DNA from: a virus
Virus record (IMG/VR): IMGVR_UViG_3300021959_000028
Span: 6,152-70,151 of that record
Length of the DNA: 64,000 nucleotides
Direction: 5' to 3' (one strand)
Positions 58,083 through 64,000 of the stretch are shown here, one piece after another; the stretch's first letter is position 1; the number at the start of each line of letters is the position of its first letter. The position numbers and the translations under genes were made by a program. Under the pieces are notes generated by a model. It was not told the DNA's origin. It was given only the letters and a program-made list of their open reading frames with translations, and ran no database searches.

Positions 58083-59156
58083 ATGGCGCTGAATTATAAT
58101 CCAAGCATAGTAAACGATGGACTTATTCAATACTTAGATCCTGCAATCAGTGCCTCTCAGTTTGAAGATAACATCACAGTATGTGCTACAGCAAATGAAA
58201 ATCAGACACTAAGCATAACTGCACCAGACGGTTATGTTTTTAGCAGTGTTGATTTTGCTAGTTATGGTAATCCAACAGGAGAATGTGAATTATTTGCACA
58301 AGGTGCATGTCATGCAGCAAATAGCCAAAGTATAGTAGAAGGATATTTGTTAGGAAATACCGGAACAATTACGATACCAGCAACAAATGCAGTATTTGGC
58401 GATCCATGTGTTGGAACTTTTAAAAGATTGTATGTTGAAGCTACTATTACAGGCCTTGCTAGTAATACTATTAGTAATGTTGTTGGCGGAAACAGCATCT
58501 GGACACTAAATCAATTAGGTGTTGGCACAACTGCAGGTACTCCTACTTTTGAAAGTAATGTACAAAGCAACGGCAGCGGAACAAGTTTTATTACAGCTGG
58601 CAGAGATTCTAGATTAGAAACAGGATCGTTAACATTCCAAATTTGGTTCAACCTAAAAGGAATTCCCTTAAATGTAGGATCAAACAATAACTGGAGAGGT
58701 ATGCTACCTAGTGCAGCTGATCCGCTAAGGATTGTACTAGAACAAAGTTATGTATTAAACTTTAGTACTAGACATACTGATAATGTTTATAGACGTAGAC
58801 TTAATAATAGTTTTGCACCACTAGGAGTTGACGCCGATGGATGGCAAATGGTTACATTTACATATGACCAAGCCACTGGCGAAGCTGCCTGTTACAAAAA
58901 TGCAGAATTAGTAAGAAGCGGACCTATGACAGTTACTAGTTCTGGCGGAACTCCGACAACAGCAGGTTTAGGATTAAGATACAATAACTATGTAACAAAT
59001 GGCTTTAAAATTTACGGCGAAGGAAATACTAGCTCTAACCCTGCAGGTAGAGGACATTGTCCGGGCGAGTTTGGTAATATTTTAATATATAATGTAGCAC
59101 TAACACAAGAGCAAGTAAGACAAAATTACTTAGCATTAAGAGGAAGATACAGGTAA
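58083..59156 (+). CDS. LamG/concanavalin-like protein with an inserted SUEL-type (galactose/rhamnose) lectin domain
   Basis: PSIVNDGLIQYLDPA...WQMVTFTYD...ILIYNVALT.EQV.QNY is LamG-like. FASYGNPTGEC...CHA...FGDPCVGTFKRL is SUEL-like. Confidence 0.75.
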   Translation: MALNYNPSIVNDGLIQYLDPAISASQFEDNITVCATANENQTLSITAPDGYVFSSVDFASYGNPTGECELFAQGACHAANSQSIVEGYLLGNTGTITIPATNAVFGDPCVGTFKRLYVEATITGLASNTISNVVGGNSIWTLNQLGVGTTAGTPTFESNVQSNGSGTSFITAGRDSRLETGSLTFQIWFNLKGIPLNVGSNNNWRGMLPSAADPLRIVLEQSYVLNFSTRHTDNVYRRRLNNSFAPLGVDADGWQMVTFTYDQATGEAACYKNAELVRSGPMTVTSSGGTPTTAGLGLRYNNYVTNGFKIYGEGNTSSNPAGRGHCPGEFGNILIYNVALTQEQVRQNYLALRGRYR

Positions 59157-62100
59157 TGACTATAGCTTCGGGACCATCGATTAAAACACAAGGACTAGTA
59201 CTAAACTTAGATAGTTTTAGAACAGATTCTTGGGATATTGGACAAGGAATATGGTATGATATTAGTACAAGACTAAATCATGCTAATATAGTAAGTAATG
59301 TATTTTTTGATCAAACAGATGGCCACTTTGAATTTAGTAACGGTTCTGCACATTGGGTAGAATCGAATTCTACTGCTGGAGATTTTAATTTCGGCACTGG
59401 CGATTTTACTATGGAGATTTGGATTTATCCAAATAACTTTACTAGTAATACACATATGATGTCCTTAGGTGGACAAAACTATTTTGCATTACAAGCTAAT
59501 ACTAGTGGAAATATTTTTGTAGAAGCATCGGGATTTAGTTCTGCTTCGTCAATAACAGGATGGACTCTAACTGCAAATCAATGGAACTGTATTGCTGTAA
59601 AACGCTCAGGAAATACTCTTTACGGTTATAAAAATGGTGAGTTAATAGGTTCAGCATCTGGATATACAACAAACATACCAGACGGACAATTTATACAACT
59701 TAGATACGGTAGTGTAGCAGAATATTCTAGTTGTAATATTAGAACCGCTCGTGTCTATAATAGAGCATTAACAGACGAAGAAGTTTTTCTAAATTACAGA
59801 GCATTTATTATTAGAGAATATGTTCCTCCTGTAGTAGAAACTGCACTAACTGCGACTACTGTTATTAATACAGTTCAAACACAAATTAATCAAGACATTA
59901 ATCTCACACCTGTTATTGGGCAAGGCGGGTATCGTAATATAACATATAGCATAAGTCCATCTTTGCCTGCAGGTTTTGTATTAAATACTGCAACTGGTCA
60001 AATAACTGGATCTCACGGTGCAGTAGTAGATCAAAACCATACTGTTACAGTAACTGACTCTTTAGGTAACACTGCGTCTGATACCTTTAGACTGTTATTA
60101 GAAACTGTTCCGATCACACTTTCGAGACCCTCGTTAAATGTAAAAGTATCAGCAAACAATCCATTTGATGTTATTCCAATAAGTGCCGTTGGCGGCGTTG
60201 GATCATTAACATATTCAATAAGTCCTACTCTCCCCGACGGTATTATATCAGATACACGTACATGGGACGTTATTGTATCAGGAACTACTGAATATCAATT
60301 TAGTGGAACTAGTAGCGGAACAAATCCGACAATTGTTGCACCTATTGGGTCAACTTTAGAATTTAATGTTAGCCAAGCAGCAAATGCTGTAATTGGTCAA
60401 GAAGAGTATACTACACCTGGATCATACACATTTACTGTTCCAGTTGGTGTTACAGAAGTAAGTGCTGTGTGTATCGGAGCCGGCGGAGGCGGCGCTGGCG
60501 GCATTGACGGTGCCAACGGCGGAGGCGGTGGCGGTGGCGGTGGCCTCGCATATGGGCTATTTGCAACTACGCCAGGTGAAAATTTAACTGTACAAGTTGG
60601 CACAGGCGGCACAAGAGGAACTAGTGCATTTCAAAATGGTGGTGCAGGCGGCGACAGCTATATTAGACGCGGCGGCACTACACTACTACAAGGTTCAGGC
60701 GGTTCAGGAGGATCATCGTCGGGCGGTGGCAACAATCCTGGCGGATCTGGCGGCGGACGTAGCGGAGCAGCATTACAAGGTGGCGGCAACGGCGGCACAG
60801 GCGGTACTGGACAACCATTTGGTGGCGGTGGCGGTGCCGGCGCTGGTGGATACTCAGGAAATGGCGGAAGTCAAGGCGCAGGCTACACATCAAATGGAAA
60901 CCCAGGAGCCGGCGGTGGCGGCGGCTCTGGCGCAAATACAAACAGTATCACTGCTGGTGGTGGTGGCGGTGTTGGCATTCTTGGAGAAGGATCATCAGGA
61001 TCAGGCGGTTCGTATGAAGGCGGCGGCGGAGGTGGTGGTTCCGGTGGTGCTAACGGAACATCAGGTTTAGGTGCTAATTCAGGTGGCCAAGGCGGCGCAT
61101 ACGGCGGCGGCGGTGGTGGTGCCTATGATGGAACAAATGCTGACGGAGCAATCGGTGCAGGTGGCGCAGTAAGAATTATATATGGACCTGATAGATCGTA
61201 CCCAAGCACCAATGTAGCTGACGGACAGGAATCAGGAAAAGCAGTAGGTACTAATCCATTCTGGATTAAAACAGCACCTGTAGCAGGAGCAAGTAGTACA
61301 GTAACAGATGTTACAGGGCAAGGTTCTACAGAAGGTACTGTTACATGGGATACTAGTAATCAGACACCTGGAGTTTACTATTATGTTTCCGCAAACACAG
61401 AAGCAATGAGCGGTCCGATTGTTTTATTAGAATCAGGTGGCATTGTTTTTGACAGTGCTGATGGTAGCATTTCTGGACTTTCTAGACAAACCTATCCCCT
61501 AACACAATATACAATAACAGTTACAGATCAGGCAACGCCTACTCCGCAAAGTGCAAGTGAGGTATTTAACTTTGAAGTTGAATCAGGTCCGCTTGTTGCA
61601 ACACAATTATTAAGTGAAGTTGCACTAGACTTAAACGAAAATGCAAACTTTTTACCTGTAACTGGTGCAGGCGGAGTAGGTTTGCTGTCATATAATATTA
61701 GTCCTGCATTGCCAACTACTAATTTCTTTGGTCAAACAGTTGTAGTTAATGTAGGACAAGGTGCTAGCGGATATGAATTATCAGGTGATCTTGTAAACGG
61801 AGTCAACGAAACTATTAGAGTACAGCCAGGTGCAACACTTCAATTTGCTGTAGACGCAGACGGTGTAACATCTGGACAACAAGATTATACTACGCCCGGC
61901 TCATACACATTTACTATTCCTGCAGGCGTCACTGAAATTAGTGCTGTTGCAGTTGGTGCAGGCGGTTACGGCGGCGACCAAGGTAGTGGTAACGGTCCTG
62001 GCGGTGGCGGAGGCGGTGGCGGCGCCTTAGCATACAAAAATGCTTGGAAAGTTGTTCCGGGCGATAGTATGACTGTTGAAGTTGGTGCCGGAGGTACTGG

Positions 62101-64000
62101 TCCATCAAACCCAGGCGGCGATAGTACGTTATCATACGAAGGACTAACATTAACAGCTGGCGGAGGAAGCTCAGGCGGTAACGGCTCTCAAAACTCTAAC
62201 GGCGGGCTTGGTGGCTCAGGCGGACAGCCTAGTGGCTATTTTGACGGCGGAGGAAATGGCGGTAATGGCGGCGACGGCGGTCCTAACGACGGTGATGACG
62301 GAAACCCTGGATCAGGAGGAGGCGCTGGCGGATACTCTGGTAACGGTGGCGCTGGCATAAATGCTCCAAGTCCTAGTGCAAACTATACTGCTAACCCAGG
62401 CACAGGCGGTGGTGGTGGTTCAGGCGGACCTAGTTCTGGTTCGTTTGAATGGGCAGCTGGTGGCGGTGGAGTTGGCATACTAGGCGAAGGCGCTAATGGT
62501 ACTGCTGGAGAAAACATAGGTAATGGTACTCCAACTGCTGGCGGAGGCGGTTCAGGCGGCGCAGCAGGCGGATCTGGATCAGGTAACGGCGATAACTTTG
62601 GCGGCGCATATGGCGGCGGCGCTGGCGGAGGCGGCGGCACTGGAGGAACTAATACCGGTGGATCAGGAGCTGTAAGAATTATTTATGGAATCGATAGAAG
62701 CTATCCTTCTACTAATACAACAAATCAATCTACTACATCACCTGCACAACCGTTTTGGATCAAAACTGCGGCAACTACAGGAACTGGAGATGCTGTATCA
62801 GGTGTTACTAACAATGGTACTGATAACGGAATAGTTGAGTGGGATACAACAGCAGTAGCACCTGGAACATACTATTATCAATCACAAGCTGACGCAGCAT
62901 TTGGCGGAATTATCGAAATTGTTGATCCAGCAAACGAGCCTACACCGTTAACATTTAATACTAGTACAGGACAAATTACTGGTATTGCTTATGTAGAAAG
63001 CCCACAAACAACGTATACTGTTACAATTACAGACCAAGATACTCCCGTTGCGTCAACAGCACAAGAACAATTTACATTGTCGGTTGGTTCAGGTTCAGGC
63101 GGCACAGTAATTTACGACTTTAGTGAATTTACATTTACACCAGGTACTGCTATAGGTCGAACAGGTCCTGATTTAGCTAACTTGTTGAACAGTTATGATA
63201 CAGCAACTAATTCTTGGTTAACTAACGAGTCATACTTTAACATGACTACTCAAGGTATTCAAGAATGGACAATACCTGCAACAGGTACTTACACTATTAG
63301 AGCAGCTGGCGCATCAGGTACAAACACTAATGGTAACGTTGGTGCTGGTGCTATAATGGAGGCTGAATTTAGCTTAACTGCTGGAGATAAATTACAAATT
63401 CTTGCAGGACAACAATCTTATTATAACGGTAGTCAAGCTTGGCAAGGAGGTGGCGGCGGAAGCTTTGTTGTAACAGAAGCTGACGAACCATTGGTAATTG
63501 CAGGCGGCGGCGGTACTAACCGTTCGAATACTACATTTAACAGTAATATGAATGGTAACACCGGAACTTCAGGAAATAACGGTGCTGGTACCAACGGCGG
63601 TACTAACGGCGGACCTGGTGCATTCGGCGGTCACAACCTTAACGCAGGTGGCGGTGCTGGCGGTTTTGTAACAGCAGGTCAACCACACGGTGATAGACGT
63701 AACCTAGTATCAGGCGATCCTGATCCGTTCCCAGTAGCACAAAATTGGGCAGGCGGTTCAACAGGCGGTTGGTTCGATACTGCTTACGACAGCGGACAAG
63801 GTTCTCCTAGATCAGGCTTACATGGTGGATTTGGCGGAGGTGGCTCCGGCGGCTGGGGCGGCTCTGGAGGCGGCGGTGGCTACTCGGGTGGCGGTAACTG
63901 TTCTAATGGTAACTACTCAGGTGGCGGCGGCGGCTTTATATCTGACACAGCTGAAGCAGGCACTGCTAAAACAAGTGACGGATCATTTACTATAACAGGC
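59156..64000 (+). CDS. Large adhesin-like virion protein (LamG, Ig-like and glycine-rich domains), runs off the window edge
   Basis: Not in the ORF track. ATG at 59156 overlaps the upstream TAA. Reads MTIASGPSIKTQGLVLNLDS, and the same frame is still coding at 63110 (IYDFSEFTFTPG). Confidence 0.8.
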   Translation, partial: MTIASGPSIKTQGLVLNLDSFRTDSWDIGQGIWYDISTRLNHANIVSNVFFDQTDGHFEFSNGSAHWVESNSTAGDFNFGTGDFTMEIWIYPNNFTSNTHMMSLGGQNYFALQANTSGNIFVEASGFSSASSITGWTLTANQWNCIAVKRSGNTLYGYKNGELIGSASGYTTNIPDGQFIQLRYGSVAEYSSCNIRTARVYNRALTDEEVFLNYRAFIIREYVPPVVETALTATTVINTVQTQINQDINLTPVIGQGGYRNITYSISPSLPAGFVLNTATGQITGSHGAVVDQNHTVTVTDSLGNTASDTFRLLLETVPITLSRPSLNVKVSANNPFDVIPISAVGGVGSLTYSISPTLPDGIISDTRTWDVIVSGTTEYQFSGTSSGTNPTIVAPIGSTLEFNVSQAANAVIGQEEYTTPGSYTFTVPVGVTEVSAVCIGAGGGGAGGIDGANGGGGGGGGGLAYGLFATTPGENLTVQVGTGGTRGTSAFQNGGAGGDSYIRRGGTTLLQGSGGSGGSSSGGGNNPGGSGGGRSGAALQGGGNGGTGGTGQPFGGGGGAGAGGYSGNGGSQGAGYTSNGNPGAGGGGGSGANTNSITAGGGGGVGILGEGSSGSGGSYEGGGGGGGSGGANGTSGLGANSGGQGGAYGGGGGGAYDGTNADGAIGAGGAVRIIYGPDRSYPSTNVADGQESGKAVGTNPFWIKTAPVAGASSTVTDVTGQGSTEGTVTWDTSNQTPGVYYYVSANTEAMSGPIVLLESGGIVFDSADGSISGLSRQTYPLTQYTITVTDQATPTPQSASEVFNFEVESGPLVATQLLSEVALDLNENANFLPVTGAGGVGLLSYNISPALPTTNFFGQTVVVNVGQGASGYELSGDLVNGVNETIRVQPGATLQFAVDADGVTSGQQDYTTPGSYTFTIPAGVTEISAVAVGAGGYGGDQGSGNGPGGGGGGGGALAYKNAWKVVPGDSMTVEVGAGGTGPSNPGGDSTLSYEGLTLTAGGGSSGGNGSQNSNGGLGGSGGQPSGYFDGGGNGGNGGDGGPNDGDDGNPGSGGGAGGYSGNGGAGINAPSPSANYTANPGTGGGGGSGGPSSGSFEWAAGGGGVGILGEGANGTAGENIGNGTPTAGGGGSGGAAGGSGSGNGDNFGGAYGGGAGGGGGTGGTNTGGSGAVRIIYGIDRSYPSTNTTNQSTTSPAQPFWIKTAATTGTGDAVSGVTNNGTDNGIVEWDTTAVAPGTYYYQSQADAAFGGIIEIVDPANEPTPLTFNTSTGQITGIAYVESPQTTYTVTITDQDTPVASTAQEQFTLSVGSGSGGTVIYDFSEFTFTPGTAIGRTGPDLANLLNSYDTATNSWLTNESYFNMTTQGIQEWTIPATGTYTIRAAGASGTNTNGNVGAGAIMEAEFSLTAGDKLQILAGQQSYYNGSQAWQGGGGGSFVVTEADEPLVIAGGGGTNRSNTTFNSNMNGNTGTSGNNGAGTNGGTNGGPGAFGGHNLNAGGGAGGFVTAGQPHGDRRNLVSGDPDPFPVAQNWAGGSTGGWFDTAYDSGQGSPRSGLHGGFGGGGSGGWGGSGGGGGYSGGGNCSNGNYSGGGGGFISDTAEAGTAKTSDGSFTITG

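Noticed and set aside
33686-64000. Many long antisense ORFs (e.g. 50397-51563, 42849-43496, 38776-39369)
   Set aside because: They are expected shadows of Thr/Gly/Ala-rich genes with biased codons.
1-64000. Stop-codon reassignment or inteins in core genes
   Set aside because: Core genes are intact and densely packed in the standard code, with plausible lengths and no intein motifs noticed.

Overview
This AT-rich window comes from a large T4-superfamily (myovirus-like) phage genome and reads cleanly in the standard code. 1-12.7 kb (minus strand) is a baseplate operon: a partial large wedge protein, then gp6-, gp25-, gp5-, hub-, gp53- and gp48/54-like genes, with two fused peptidoglycan hydrolase domains. 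12.8-17.7 kb (plus) holds a gp55-like late sigma factor, gp47, an SDR-like gene, gp46 and a minimal GIY-YIG nuclease, followed by about 500 nt of highly structured non-coding sequence. 18.2-30.6 kb holds probable internal head proteins, gp51/gp26-like genes, a tape-measure candidate, portal, acidic core protein, prohead protease, scaffold and major capsid protein. 31-64 kb is a run of large tail fibre/virion protein genes. The strongest candidates for novelty are three. (1) A separately transcribed ~200-nt RNA after the capsid gene keeps a complete tRNA-Pro skeleton in register but has structured insertions in every loop. (2) The GIY-YIG gene is followed by a large, apparently pseudoknotted RNA and a cluster of GAA-loop hairpins. 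(3) Three phycobiliprotein-like CxRD repeats are inserted in a 2418-aa virion protein. All calls come from manual motif reading; no searches or folding programs were run.
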